From: Cenococcum geophilum
Lineage: Eukaryota
Length of the DNA stretch: 64,000 nt
Reading direction: 5' to 3'
Assembly: GCA_050273025.1 (NCBI GenBank)
Contig: CP158635.1
Location: 24,614,001-24,678,000, forward strand
This document shows, one piece after another, positions 46,072-61,020 of the stretch; the first letter of the stretch is position 1; each line of letters opens with the position of its first letter. The notes under the pieces were generated by a model. The model saw only the letters and a list, made by a program, of their open reading frames with translations, was not told the origin of the DNA and did no database searches. A program made the position numbers and the translations under genes.

Positions 46072-49000
46072 AGAATATTATATTAGTAATAAGCTTACTA
46101 GAAACCAAAGGCATAGAGTTTATCCTACTAGGAGATATAAACCTCTACCACCCGCGGTAGGGGGGTATCTATATTACTGCTAATTAATAGGCAGAGTGCC
46201 TACTAAGAGCTATAAACACCTAGGGCCTTAAGTTGGCCACCCCCCTAGGAGTAACTATATAGCAACGAGGAACCTTTAGAAGCATAATTGACCTTATATT
46301 TATGGACGAAGGCCTATACTAAAGACTTAAAAGGTGCAACCTTAAAGAAGAATAGGCACTTATCTTAGACCATATCCCCATCCAGATATAGCTAGATTTA
46401 GATATTAAGGCGTAACTAAGTAGTAAAAGATACGCAATAAGGAAGCTTAAAATAAACAGTTTCCTTAATATAGTTAAATAATAACTCTAAGACCTAGAAG
46501 AAATCTACCTAATTCTAAACAAGCGAGGCTTATTAGCTATCCCTAAGGAAATCAACTAAAGACTAGAAAGGATTTAGGCAGCAATTAAAAATAGGCTAAA
46601 AGAGCACTGCCTGGTCTTAAAATTAGGCCCCTATATATAATACGTATGGTCCATATAATGCGCGGTTCTTATTACTAGCTAATAATAAGCAAGGAGGAAA
46701 TATATAAGTAACTATAACCCTAAAAATAAGAGACAATACAAAGATATAAGAAACCAGTTAAAGAATACCCTAAAGAAAGAAGTAAGGAATAACTAGAGAC
46801 GGTTTATAAACGAGCATACTTTTAACCCAAGCCTCCCCTATAATAAGGGCCTTTGGGCTATAGCAAAATAGATAAAGAAAAAGGTAGGACGCCTAGCAGA
46901 AGACTTATACCTACTACCCCTATAAAGAGCAGGGGAATCATAGGCTACTAATAATAACGATAAGAAGGTAAAGATCCTTATAGAAAGGTTCTTCCCCTAA
47001 CTAGCTCTAGCAGACCTTAATAATATTATAGGTAAAACACCGGTAACTCGCCTAAGGGTTAACAGCGACATAATAACAGAGGAAATGGCCAGAACTATTA
47101 GTCGCCTTTTAAACAATATAGCACTAGGACTAGATGGGATTCTAAATAAGGCCTTAAAAACCTATAGACTACTTATAGCACCCTAGCTTGTAGATGTAGC
47201 TAGGGCATACTTTACCATAGGCTACTACCTACAACTCGGAAGATTTATAATGACAGTTATTCTACAAAAAGAAGGAAAAGTAGATTACTTAATTCCAGGA
47301 AGCTACCGCCCTATTGCCTTAGAAAACACCCTTAGTAAGATCTTAAAAAAGGTAATAGCGGACTATATAGCAGACACGGCTAAGGAATATAACTTACTAC
47401 TATAAAGCTAAATAGGGGCAAGAAAGAACCGCTTAACACTATTAGCACTTACGCTACTTACTACCACTATTAAATCCGCATGGGCGATATAAAGGGACTT
47501 TGTAGTATTAATGCTCAGCCTAGATATTAGCGGCGCCTACGATAACATACCTTATAAGCGTCTCCTATATATCCTTAGGGCAAAAGGCTTCCTAGAATAG
47601 ATTATATAATTTATTTAAGGGTTTATAGGTTAGAAAGAAATATTACTAGTCTTTAGCGGATACTAAAGCCCCCCTATTATAGTTACAACAGGAATACCAT
47701 AAGGATTACCCCTCTTGCCTATATTCTTCCTTTTCTTTATAAGCAACCTACTTAACTTTTTTAAGGAAGGGGCGACCTAGGGGATAGACTTCGTTAATAA
47801 TATAAACCTAATTATATATGGGCTAATAGCCGTAGAGAATTGCAGAACACAAGAGAAAGCTTATAACACCTATATAGAATAGGCAAGACGACATGGAGTC
47901 CAATTCTTACTAGAGAAATACCAGCTAATCCACTTTATAAGAAAACGTAACTAATCTACAGATCTCTAGCACACAATTTATATCTAAGGCTTTAGGGGTT
48001 AACCAGTTTAGGGCTTAAGGGTATTAGGAGTATAGGTAGACAGTAAGCTCTAGTAGAGCGTATATATAGCGCAAGCGGCCCGTAAGGGCTAAGTATAGTA
48101 CATTATATTATCCAGGATCGTTAATTTTATATAGGGTCTATGCTTCTAGAGGTCACGCCTACTATATATAGCAGTTGTCCGGCTAACCATAACGTATAGG
48201 TCCAGTATTTAGGCCATTAGAGAATCTAAGAAAGGCCCCCCTAAATCGCTCCTTAAACCACTCCAAAAGGTTTAAACAGCCTGCCTCTAGAGTATAATAG
48301 GCGGATATAAGTAAACGGCTACAGCACTGCTTAAAAAGGAAGCTAATATTCCCCCCCTATAACTATATATTAAAGCCGCTGTAATATAAAGGGCGCAAAA
48401 TAAATGCAACTCTAATATTATAAAGTATATTAAAACACGCCTAAATAAACTATAGAGGGACCCTAGGGCGCCCTATAGGAGAATAAACTAATAACCCCAA
48501 AGTAGGGAAGACATATTAGAGAAATAGGTAAAGACAGTAGAAGAAGAATAGTACTACTTTAGGGCCCAGGCCTATATAGAGGAGGAAGGGAGACGTATAA
48601 GAGGCTAGCAAAGACAACAGTAAGAGAGAGAAAGGAGCTAAAGTAGAGCATAAAAGAACGCTAGGAAACCATCTACCGCAATATAATACTGGCTGGACTA
48701 ACGCTAAAAAGGTATATGGGAGTTAAAGGTACAGAGGCTAACTAAGGCAAGAGGAACCTAAGCCGTAGTATGGTTAACGCTATAGGGGGTAAACACTTTA
48801 GGGCTCTAAGAAGGCCTAATAAAGGCAGAAAATATAATAGCAATACTCTTAAGAATAGGAATAATAGGACTAAAAGACTGGCTCTACTAGGTGGGCGTCC
48901 TAGTAGGTAGCCTAAGATGCAAATATGGCTAGCTAAGACAGACACTAAAATACGTAATACTGTTATACCCCTTACGTACTAACTAAGAAGTAATGCTCTT

Positions 49001-49589
49001 AGTAGCTAGCACAGAGAACTATAATACACTACTCTTAATATAAAAAGGCCTTAAGGCGGTTACCTAGTAGCTTATTAGCTAAAATATACTAAACCAGTTT
49101 CGGGTTGTAAAGGAAATAGTAATAGAGGGTAGGGGGGGTGAGTAACGGGCGCCCCCTAATAACTCTATAGTAGTAGAGTAAAGTTTGCAATACTAGCGCG
49201 TCCGTAGGCTTATTACGGCAGTAGTGGTTCCTAAAGAGGTTAAAAAGTAAGGTAGTAGAGCACTACAGGTGACTTATAGGCGCCTTACAGGCGCCTTATA
49301 GGCGAGTCCTAAAAGGCGGGGAGATAGATTACGGGGTTTTCTTAAATAGAGTTTTCTCCCTATATATATATAAGGAGTAGTCCGCGTAGGCCTAATAGGG
49401 ATCCGAATCGGACGTTAAGCAATAAATAATAATAATTATATAAGTTTATATATATATATATATTTAAATTAATATAATAAATATAACTTTTATATAGTAC
49501 CTAAAAAGCTTAAATAATTCTTTATTATAAATATAATAAAAAGAAATTTAAATTATATATATTTAAATTTATAGCTATATTTAACCCTA

Positions 49590-52500
49590 ATATAATAAAA
49601 CCTTATAGCAAGTACTACGGTAGGCTCGTTAATGGGCTAGGTGTATAGGTAATGCAAATTAAAGTTAATAATATAATAATAACTAGTAGAGTGGTTGCCT
49701 AATAAATTAACTCTAATTGTATTCTAAGAATTATTATAAGGAAGAAACTATCTAGGTAGGGACTAAGGGTCCTTAAATATACAACTATACTCCTATAAAA
49801 TCCTTCTTATATATAATATACATATACTTTATCTGCTTTATTATAGATTATATAAATCTTATAGATTATATAGATTATATTATATAACCTTAGTTACTAT
49901 TCCTTATTATATAGCTTTATCGGCTCTATTCTAGACTATACTTATATTAACTAACTAGCTTCTTCTAACTCTCTTCTAAGTAGTTATAATATTATACTTA
50001 AAGCGTCCGTAATACTATCTCCTTCCTCTTTATCTTTGTCCTTAAAGATTTTAAATATCTCTAAGTTATTTACTAGAGGTGTAATATTCGTCTAATTAAT
50101 TTGGTTAATATTATTACTTATTATACTTAAAGTAATTTCTTTGTCTTTAACCGCTCGTTATATTCGCACTATTGCTGCGATATTATCTCTTAGTGAGATT
50201 ATACTATCTCTATATTCTTGCTGTTTAAAAGAGGGGTTAGTTTATATTGCGTTGGCGAACCTATCTTTATAATAACCATCCTTTTACTTAAAGTGCACTA
50301 AAGTAAATATTTATTTGTCCTATAACGTTTACTCTATTTTTAATGCTAAATATACGCAATTTATTATTCTTAATAGTCGTCTAGTTCCCTAATTAAATTA
50401 TTATAGGGTTTTATGTTTAATTTACTGCTACGTAGCTAGATAATAAACTATCTATTACTCTAGCGGAGTTATACCGTTCTTATAACGCAGAATAGGAGGC
50501 TGCCGATACTTAGTAATAGGCCCTTAAGTCTTATCTTACGGCGTTCGCTTAGTTAATCCGTCTTAAGAAGGTTTATAAAAAGGTCCGTTTTAAGGAGTAG
50601 AAACTTATAAAATAAAGTCTATAGGAACTTAGTAATAAAAAAATAGATTTTTTTCTAGCTAAAAAGGAAATAGATCTAAGTAGTTCGGCAACTACTCTTC
50701 TTAAGTCCCCCTTAAGTGACTTATTTTTTAGCGATCCTTTTTTATTAATGCTGCCTAACCTAATTTCTCCTAATACTTCTATACCTTTCTTATAGCGTTT
50801 TTTTAAATTTTCTAGTAGCTTCTAAGTAGTCTCGTTATAGCCTATTTATTTTACTTTATATTATATTATATTATTATTCGTACTAATTTAATAGCACGAG
50901 TGAGTCGTATCCAGGGGCACGAAATACGTATAGTATTGTATACTTGTTTAGATAGTGGTAACTGTCAATTATATTAAAGCAGACTACGTAGTCTATATAC
51001 TAATGCGCCTCCCCCCTAATTAGTCAGTGCTTTAGAAGTGCACTAGACGCGTAAGCGGGTGGTTGGTGCACTAAACGCGTAAACGCGTACTCGGCGTACC
51101 GAACGCGTAAGCACGCGGTTAGTATAACAGGTGCTGTAATTATATACTGGCGGCACTTAGAAAATGAAACCACTTATATATAGCCTCCGTAATTGTCTTA
51201 ATAGAACTATAAAACACATAAGAAAATATATAGGAAATCCCTCCTAAGGTGCCTTCTGGGTTGCCTTCTAAATGGTGCTTTAAGCTGGCCGTAAGTCCTG
51301 CTTACAGTCCGTAAAATGAACTGTACGGCCTTTTAACGGGCTGTAAATGCACTATACGGCCTTCTAACGGGCCGTAACTAAACCATAAATACTCCGTTAG
51401 TCTCGCTCTACCTATTTTATAACCTTTAGGTTAAGCTTATTTATGTTAATTAGGGTTTTAAGAGCTTAACACAGCTTTGCCTTAGTTATAGCGTCTACTA
51501 GGTTATCTCCGCTGCTGATCTATTTAACCTCTATAATCTTATATTATTTATAGGCCTGACGTAAGCATATTAAAGCCTCTTCTCCTATATCGTGCCTAGT
51601 TTAACTAGGCAGTTATAGAGGGACTTTAAATTGGTGCATAAAACCAGGGGTGGCTGCTCCAATTATAGGATCTTCTAAATCGTTAATTTGATTACGGCTG
51701 CTATATTAAAGCCATAGGCTAGTGTATATAGTTTAGAAGCTAGTATACTACGGGTTACTCACTTATATTTAATTAAAGACCAATATAATATATTTACGTC
51801 TTAATTATAGTCCGTAAGTACAATTATAAAGCCAATTTGCGATAACAGATCCCTATTATTGGCGAAGGAGGCGTCCATAAATACCATTACGCTAATAGAA
51901 TTTAGGTCTAGCGGTATAAAAGTAAGTCCTCTTATCGCATTATTAATCTGCCATTAAATGCGCTTATTAAGCTGCTTAATATTTTCTTCTTACGGATCTA
52001 CTACCTAGGCCGTAAAGGATAAGTTATAGGCAGATTTGGGTTAGCAGACTATGGCACTATAGGCGCCTCTTATACGCTATACAGCGTATTAGTCCTTTAT
52101 ATTTATGGTCTTATAGGTCTCTCTACGGGAACTAGTAAAGTCCGTAGGCTTTACTATAATAAGCTTTAGGTTTTAAGCTTAGCGTTCCTAGGTTAGCTAG
52201 ATTAAGTTACCCTTTTATATAATTAAGCCTCCGTTAAACTTAATTAGAGTCTACTTAGTTAACTACTCTTACGGCTTTGCCAGGAACTTAGCTTCTTATA
52301 GTTTAGTCTCTTTAGCATCCACAAATGTCTAGTCTGCTAAGAAGAGGGTATTGTTTATTTAGAGTCCAATAATACTAAGGCCGTTTAATAGGGTATATAG
52401 GAGGCAAGAGTTATAGGTCAACTGCTCTATCTTAAGTTTACGGACGTAGTGCTGGTAGTATATCTTAAACTAATAGTTTCTAGCTTCTAGCACTCTGTAG

Positions 52501-55500
52501 AGTAGTTTTATAACCTATAAAATTGTTCCTAGTTACAAATTAAGCTCCAGCAGTAGTTGTATAAAGATATCCCTACTTAGATAGGTATTGGATTGTACGT
52601 AGGCTTATAAGATATCCCGTAGGTAAAGAGCTACGGGTTTGCTTTACTATAGGCCAGGCATAAGTATAAGTATAATCCGTTAGCTAACTTGTTAGATTAT
52701 AGGTAATTGCATAAAGACTAAGTTCTTTCCCTAGTCGTTATAAGCTTATATAATAAGCCTTAACTTTTTAAAGGCTTTATTAGTACTAGGGTGCTTAATT
52801 TTATTAATAAAGCGTAAGTTAAATATACGGACGCCTTGCGGAACGTCTCTCTCCATTATAACCGCAAAGACGCCCTTTTTAAGTAGTTTGTTAATCTCTT
52901 TACGTCGTAAGTCCGTAAAAGGGGTTTCCTATACTAGAATTAATATATCCGTAGGCGGAGATTGCCTTACGGATATTCCTATAGAGGTTAGGTAATTCTC
53001 TATTACGGGGTTCTTAGTTATAGGGTGCTTTTAGGGGCGTCCTCGGCCACGCTTTACGGTAAGTTTAGTAGGTTTAGTGGGTTTCTAGGGGACTTCTAGG
53101 GTAGGTAAGGGTGCTTCCAGTTCGTCTAATTCGGCAGTCGCTTTTAGTTCGTCTAGTTTAGCGGTTACTTCTAGTTTGTCTAGCTCGACGTTATAGGTGT
53201 TTTTAGGCCAAAAGTAGGGTTTTACGGACGTGCTTCTAAAGCTAGTTAGCCCACTAGGAAGCTGTACACAGTACGTCTTGTTTTCTACGGCTAGTAGATA
53301 ATAGGGTCCATTTTAGCTACCGCTTTTACGCTATATAAGGACTTTAGAGTTAAGCGGGAGGTTATATACTAAGGTTATATTAGGTCCGTTACGGTAGTAT
53401 AGGGCGTTATTAACAGTTTATTTAGCCCGTAATTTAACTATTTCGGCCATTGCCTTCCGTATTATAGCTGCTTAATCTATAACGGACGGGGCAGAAGGGT
53501 CCAGTTTGCTTATCCTTAGGTAGGCTCCGTAGACTAAAAGGGTAGGTACTAGTCCGTTAGGGCTAGCGGTATTATTAACAGCTTTTACGGCCATCTATAA
53601 AGCCAGTTCTTTTTAAATATTCTTATACTCGTCCGTAATAATCTAGTAAGCTCTCTATAGAGCTGGGTAAGCTCGCTTAATAAGCCTAATAGACTAGTGC
53701 GCCTTAACTGGAACGGCTTTTATTAAAATAGCCATGGCCGTAGCGTACTATTAGAATTCCTTACTAATAAAGTTCCTGCCAGCGTTGTGGGTAATATACT
53801 TAGGAGGTCTAAGGTATGTGTTAATCTAGTAGGTCCGTAAAATGTCCTAAGTATATTTTATAAATATATTTTGTAACTAACGGGCGGCTTAATAGCGGGT
53901 TACCTCGTCAATTATATATAATACTGGACTGCCGTTAATGTATATAATATCTACGTATACTAAGTGGTTAAAGTTAAGGTCCTCGTAAAGGGTAAACTTA
54001 AATTGGCCTAGGGAACGTCTGTATTTCTAGCAAAAAGAGCAGTATTTAGTTAAGTGGTTAATTGCCTTCCTATTAATATTGTCGTATCTAGAGCGTTTAA
54101 GGACTCTATATAGCTTTTCGGCTAATAGGTGGCCGAAGCGGCGGTATAGGCAGTAGATCTTAGTACTAGTAAGGTAGCATGGGTTATAGTTAAAAGATTC
54201 CTAAATATAGGTTTATAAAGTCTCTCCCTATATAAGGAACGGGTGTCCAAATTGTTGTACAATTAGTAGGGTAATATACTTGCTTCCTAGGGCAGTTATA
54301 GGGCCAATTACGGTGTCCGTAATATTGTTATAGTAGACCTATAGCCTATCTATATCCGCAAGATAGAGTAGGAAGGGGGTGTCTGCTTTTACTATATGGA
54401 AGTTAACTAGGCTAATTAGGGTCTTAACTGCAACTAATCTAATTAATGTGGTTAAGCCGATATCAAATTAGACGTTTACGGCCCTAGTTTACGTAGTATT
54501 AATGTCCGTATTATTATTTACGGTGGTCTTATATATAAGGTATTATCCATAACCTATAGTAGACTTTTTAGAGGCACCTGTGTCAATTATAACACCGTAG
54601 AATTCCTTAGGGGTATAGCGTTCTGTAGTAATATATACAAATAGGTCCTGCTTATAATTTATAATGTTTATAATAGGGATGCTTACAGAATGGTTTTTAG
54701 GCGCAATTAAGTGTATAAAGGAACGGTCGGCTAATACGGTCGTAATATTAAAGGCTTAACTGTCCGTAAAAGGTCTAAAAGTGGTTAGGAATATCTCTAA
54801 GGTCTCTTATTCCTAAGCGTCTAAGTTAAAGTCAATTATAAGGGCTTTTATTGGCTTATTAGGGGGCTCTTCTACTTCCTCTCCTTTATATTCTAAAATG
54901 AACTAGTTAATATGGCTATTAAGTCTCTTCCTAAACTTATTACGTTCTTCCTAGGTATACCTTATAGACTAATATTCTTCCTTACCGCATATGAAGCACT
55001 TCTGGCTAGTTTGTCTATAGGGGTATATTTTTATATAGGGGTTGCTGCGGGGGTTACGGGTAGAACTTAGTCGGTATAGGTACTGCTAGTAGTAGCGGCG
55101 GTTTGTAAAGTAGACGTCTAAGTCTGTTTACGGATATTAAATATCTGTAATAAAGGCTTAAGTGCTGCCTGGTGGGTTTAAAATTTCATACGTTATAATA
55201 GAGGAGCGTAGATTATTAATAAGGCTAGCTAAGGTATCTATAGGCTTATAGTAGGCGTACTTACAGGGCTCTACTTCCTGGTAGGCCGTAATAAGTTTAT
55301 TATATAAGAAGTCGTCTATTTAAAGCTTAGTGTTAAGGCCGTGCTATAGGTGCCGGAGGTCTTTAATAAGAATTTATAGGCACTCTATAGTCAATTTTTT
55401 AGTATTTTTGTCAATTACGGTCCGTAGCTTAGTCGCATTCTATTAGGTAAGGATATTACGCTTATATTCCGGTCCTTTAAAGTAGTTACGGGTGGCTTTA

Positions 55501-58500
55501 TATAGCTTATTAAAGGGAACACTAAGGGGGTTACTCTTAAGGTTGGTGTAGTAGTAGTTAAGTGCTAGGCCGCGCAGTATAGTAGAGTAGGCTTAGCTAA
55601 ACTCTTATTTAGGAATGTTAGCCTTCTAGTAAAAGTCCGTAAAAATGGTTAGTTTAAAGTCAAAGTTGTTATTTTTACTGCTATACTTAGATTCATTAGT
55701 ATAAAGTTTAGCTAGGTTAGCTAGCTCCTTACTATAGGTCTTTACTTAAGTAGGTTACGGATCTATAACTTACGGATCTATAGCTTGTAGATATATAGCT
55801 TACAAATATATAGTTTGCGGATATATGGCTTACGGATCTATAACTTAAATAATAGGGGTAATTTGGTCCGTATTTTCGTTTATAGGGGTATTATAGTCCG
55901 TATTTTGGTTATAGGGGTATTATAGTCTATAGCGTGGTCCGTAACTTAAGAGTAGGGTATATTTTAGCTAGCGAGGTTAGCTCTAAAGCCGCTTAGGTCT
56001 ATAGGATAAATTTAGTTAAGTGGGTTAGGTATAAGGCTAGTGATCCCATTAAGTTTAGAAGAAGTAAAGAGTTTTTTAGTAGTTTTAACCTGGTCTAGGA
56101 TTTCCTCTTTAGTCTATTCTATTTGGTCTTTCTTATATATTATATTATATAAAGACTATACAATAGTAACTTATTTGTCCCTTTTAACCCATACACCTTA
56201 GTTATATAAAAGGGTTTGTAGTTTACGGATGGTAATAGGGTTATAGGCCTTAAAAATAGCTTCTATAAAGTCCGTAAAGTCTTCCTAGTATTGCTTCCAC
56301 AGGTCGTTATTTATAAGCTTAAAGTGTTTGTATTTAAGGATTTTAAAACTAATATAGTCGTTAACGTCGTTTATAAACGTAACGTCGACTCCTTATCTCC
56401 ACTTTTTTTAACCTTCGCTGACTTGCTTGCTAATATCTACCATACTATATAGTGTAGTGTAGTGCGTAGCGGGTGGTAGCAGCTTATAACGGGTAGGGGA
56501 GGTCTTATAACGGTCCGTAAAATTAATTAACGGGTCCATAATAGTTTGTAGAAGGGTAGAGGGTTTCCGCAAAAGGTCTAAAGAGGTTTAAGGTTTAAGG
56601 GGGTTAAGGATAGGGGTTCCGTATAGGTTTGTATTCGCGTCTATAACTTTCGGTAAACCGTACTAAGACTTAAATAAGTATATAGAGTTGGTGATAGGTC
56701 CGTAATCCCCGACTTCTAACCTTCTAGTAGGTCGTACTAGAAGTCTAAATAGGTAGTCGCTGTCGAGTATCGCTTGGGGGAGGTGTTGAGTAATTGCTAA
56801 TTTATACGTGCTTACTAATCAGTGTTCGTACTAATTTAATAGTATAAGTAAGTCGTATCCAGGGGCATAAAATACGTATAGTATTGTATGCTTATTTAAA
56901 TAGTGGTAACTGTCGATTATATTAAAGCAGACTACGTGGTCTATATACTGATGCGCCTCCTCCCTAATTAGTTAGTGCTTTAGAAGTGCACCAGACGCGT
57001 AAGCGGGTGGTTGGTGCACTAAACGCGTAAATACGTACTCGGCGTACCGAACGCGTAAGCATGCGGTTGGTATAACAGGTGCTGTAATTATACAATTATT
57101 AATATTCTTATAACTAATAATCTTTAAAACTTACTATTTGTCTTCTTCTTACCCTTTATATATATCTGCTTCGTAAACTAGTAGCTTAATATTCCTATAT
57201 ACTAGCTTTAGTATCGCGATATGCTATATAGGGTAGATCTTTATTTTGGCTAGTAGGTTTAACTTAAACGTAACTAGTAAAATCCTTTACTTAATTTTAA
57301 AAGGTCCTAGTCTAATATAGTCTAATTTCTTACTTAGTCGTTAACTCTAAAAATTTTTATATAGTAGCTATACTTTATCTCCCTCCTTAAGATCTAGTCC
57401 CTTAGATCTCTTAGCATTATAGTACTTTTTTATTTTCTACTATACTGCTTTTACTAATTCTATAAGGTCTATATAAAGATTTATTATCATTTTTATTCTT
57501 TTTTTAGCTATACTACTTGTTTTCTTTACTTGCTGTAGTAATAACGATGTTCTTAGCTTATACCCGTAATTTGCCTTAAATAGTAATATGCCTATTTTTT
57601 CTTATAGTGTTATATTATATATAAACCATATAATTAGTAGTAGTAATACCTAATTATTCTATGCGTAATTAATATAATATCTTAGATACTATTCTAGTGT
57701 TTAATTTAGTCTTTCCATTTAACCGTCTGTCTGCGGATAATATGGGGTAGAAGTTACTACTTTAACTCCTTATTCCGCTAAGAATACCTCCTAAAATACT
57801 ACTATAAATTTTAGATCTCTGTCTAATATAATCTTACTTAGTGCTCTGTCTTATAAATACTTTAATATAGATTCTAGTGATATCTTTTACTAATATTTCT
57901 TCTATATATGCTATAAAGTATCCCTACTTTATAAGCTTATCTACTATTACTAAAATTGCGTTATAATCTTGTCCGGTAATAGGATCTCTTAACTTTAGTA
58001 ACTTAATAATAAAGTCCTATAATATAACCTCCTATAGTCTCTCTGGTATTTTAATAGGTTATAGCCCTCTATACGGCTTATACCTTATTAGTTTATTTCT
58101 TTAATAATTTAGATATTCTTTTATAACTTTCCGCGCTAAGCCTTAAATTTCGTTAATAATATACTCCTTTAGAGTTTTAATATTAAGCCCATGGCTCCAT
58201 TATATCCTTAAGTTATTCCCTTATAGAAATCTTCTATAAAGTGCTCTGCTATACTTCTTAGGATATACTTCACCTCTTTATGCTTATATAGTATTTCTTC
58301 TCTTAGATATTCTAATTGTTTTTCTAGCTGTGCTTTAAAGATCTTTTATACCTAAAAGCTTTTTAGTAACTTATAAACTCTATCTAGTTCTTCTTAAGTT
58401 GCTATAATTTTTAGATAATTATATCTAATTAGTCTATCTATATCTTTTCGTAGTAAAGCCCCTAATGGCTTTTTATCATTTTGTAGTTTAGCCTTTTAAC

Positions 58501-61020
58501 TTAGAGCGTTTGCTTATATATTATTTGTACCCTTAGTATACTAAATCTCAAAATAGTATTCTATAAGTATCTCTACCTATCTAACCTATCTTTAGTTAAA
58601 TTCCTTAGTTATTAGAAATTCTATTAGGTTCTTATAATTTATTTTTAACTATAAATAGTTTTTCTATACCTTATAAGAACGCTCTCTATTTCTTTAGTGC
58701 TATAACTATACCTAATAACTCCTTATTATAGATGTTATAGTTTAACTCTAATAGTGTTATTTTCCGACTGTAATATACTACTAGGTGCTATCTATCTTAA
58801 TATTTTTATATAAAGTATACCCCTAGTATAAAGTCTAATGCGTTTATTTCTATAACCATCTCTAGTCCTAGTTAATGGATTTTAAGAACTAGCTCCTAGG
58901 TAAACAACTCTTTAACTTTTTTAAATAATTCTTTTTATTCCTTTCTCTATGCCTATAGTTCTTCTTTCTTTATTAGTTGCGTAAATGGTTTAATATCTTT
59001 TAACTATTACGCTATAAACCTTCTATAGTAATTATAAAACCCTAAAAACAATCTTAGCTATATAACGTTCTCTAGTTTTTACTAATTTGCTATAGCCTTA
59101 ATCTTCTTTAGATCTGTGCTAAGTTAGCTTAGTTTAATAATAAATTTAATAAATTTGGTCTTTCTAGTAAAGAACTTGTATTTCTTAATTGTTACTAGCA
59201 TCTATTCTTCCTATAGTCTCTTTAAGACCTATTTAACGTGTTCTCTGTGCTCTTCTTTAGTTATTAAGTAGATAATAATATTATTAAGATATACTATAAC
59301 AAATTCATCTAAGTATTCTTCTAATACATTGTTAATACGCTTTTAGAACGTTACTAGTACGTTTATAAGCCTAAATTGTATAACTAATAGTTTATATAGT
59401 CCTTCCTTTAACCTAAAGGCTGCTTTTTATTTGTTACCTTCTTTAATCCTAATCTAATAGTACGCTTATCTTAGATCTATCTTCGTAAAGATTTGCGTAT
59501 TACCTATCCTATCTTAGGTCTCGTTAATTAAGGGTAAAGGATACCTATCCTTCCTAGTAATGCTGTTTAACTGTCTATAGTTAATATACAGCCTTAGTTT
59601 GCCGTTTTTCTTTAGTATAAACAGTACTGGATAACCTACTAATAATTACAATGGTCTAATATATCCCTTTTATAAGTTCTCTTAGATAAACTCTTTTAAT
59701 GCTTTACCTTCTTCTTTAGTAAGCTTATAGATTGGAAAAAACCTTAGACTTATTTCTGGTTTTAATTCTATCTTATAGTCCTATACTATATACTCTAATA
59801 GCTTTTTACTTTCCAGTGACTATAGTTTCTTACTATACTTATAGTATCTCTTTAGTATATAGCTTAATCCCTTTTCCGTTTCTTTATAGGTCGCTCCTAC
59901 TTAGTATTATACTAACTTAGCTTATTGTTATATCTTACGTTATTAAGTATTTTTAATATTAACCTAACCTATAATCTAATTAATCCTTAGATTGTATTCC
60001 TGTAACTAAGGTATTTTTAATACTGCCTTATTATTCCTTAATGGTAATATGTTAAAAGATATCTTAATTTATCTCCCTTTAATAGTTAACTAAATAGGTC
60101 CTATTTTAAGATTAATAATACCTCTTCCATAGGCTATTAGATCTCCTAAAATTGTCACTAATAGGTAAAGGTACTCCTTTTTCCTATATAGTAACCCTAT
60201 TCTTTTAACCGCTGCTAGTAAAATATGGTTCCTTATTACTCCACTATCTATTAATACTTCGAACTATTAATCTTGCCACTTAACTTATAAATTTAGGTGT
60301 TGTCCTTAAATTCCTTTAAGGGTTTAAGGCTCTACTACTAGTTCCTTTTAGTTCCGTAGGCCTCTACTTTTCCTAATTATTAGCTGCTTAATCCTATCTA
60401 TACTTAGTCCACCTTTAGCTAATACTTAGTTTGCTTTTTGTCTTTAATATACTATAGATATATATTCTCTAGGTATTTCTACCACTATTATCTGTCTAGG
60501 TATTCTTCCGTAAGGAATCTTCCTAGTTAAAGTATTAAGTCTCCTTAACTTTATACTTCTATTGGGTGCTAACTATATATATACTTAGCGTTTTTATATT
60601 TTACCTTATCCGGTGCCTAATATATCCTTATTAGGTACTTCTAGTGTTTTTCTTTAGGTGCTCTATATATATTATACGTATTATTTATATATATAATCTA
60701 TACTAATGTATAATATGCTTAGTGTCTTAGGTTAACTCTTAGCTTATCTTTATCCTTAAGTTTAAACCTATCTTGTATTAATCTAAGTATTACAACTTTA
60801 TTTGTAGGTGCTAAGATTTACCTCTTACTTCTTTAGTCCTCTAATTGCTCCTTTAGATCTTTTAATATTATAATTAAGGCTCCTTTAATATAACTTATAG
60901 CCTTTTCTATAATCGGGTGGTTTTAGATAACTTTTTCGTCTAACTATATATAGAAATCTTCCTACTTATCATTATATCGTTGTCTATACTACTTTTAGTA
61001 TAACCCCTTAAGTATATATA
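49590..61020 (-). mobile_element. Ty3/gypsy chromovirus, heavily RIPed, interrupted by a copia (50875-57094) and by another gypsy at 61021; left boundary approximate
   Basis: Minus strand: gag end, protease (LIDSGVIRNH ~60255), RT ([30 protein letters not shown]), RNase H, integrase, and a chromodomain split by the copia (YKVK*IGYNETT*KLLENL at ~50860-50800). Confidence 0.85.
50875..57094 (-). mobile_element. Full-length Ty1/copia LTR retrotransposon, 6220 bp, RIP-degraded
   Basis: 272-bp LTRs at 50875-51146 and 56823-57094, TSD ATTAT. Order is zinc knuckle (KCFICGKEEY), protease (VIIDTGAS), integrase (RRFGH, YITHNAGRNF), RT, RNase H. Confidence 0.95.

Larger units (their letters stand above)
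42865..49435 (+). mobile_element. Full-length Tad1-like LINE (ORF1 with zinc knuckles; ORF2 APE-RT), RIP-degraded
   Basis: 15-bp TSD TTATATAAGTTTATA (42850-42864, 49436-49450) and (AAT)n tail. APE motifs YNCG, ILAI*EPY, LLGDINLYHP, IDL. RT motifs GSYRPIALENTLSKIL, SLDISGAYDN, GIP*GLPLLPI, FVNN. Confidence 0.92.
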
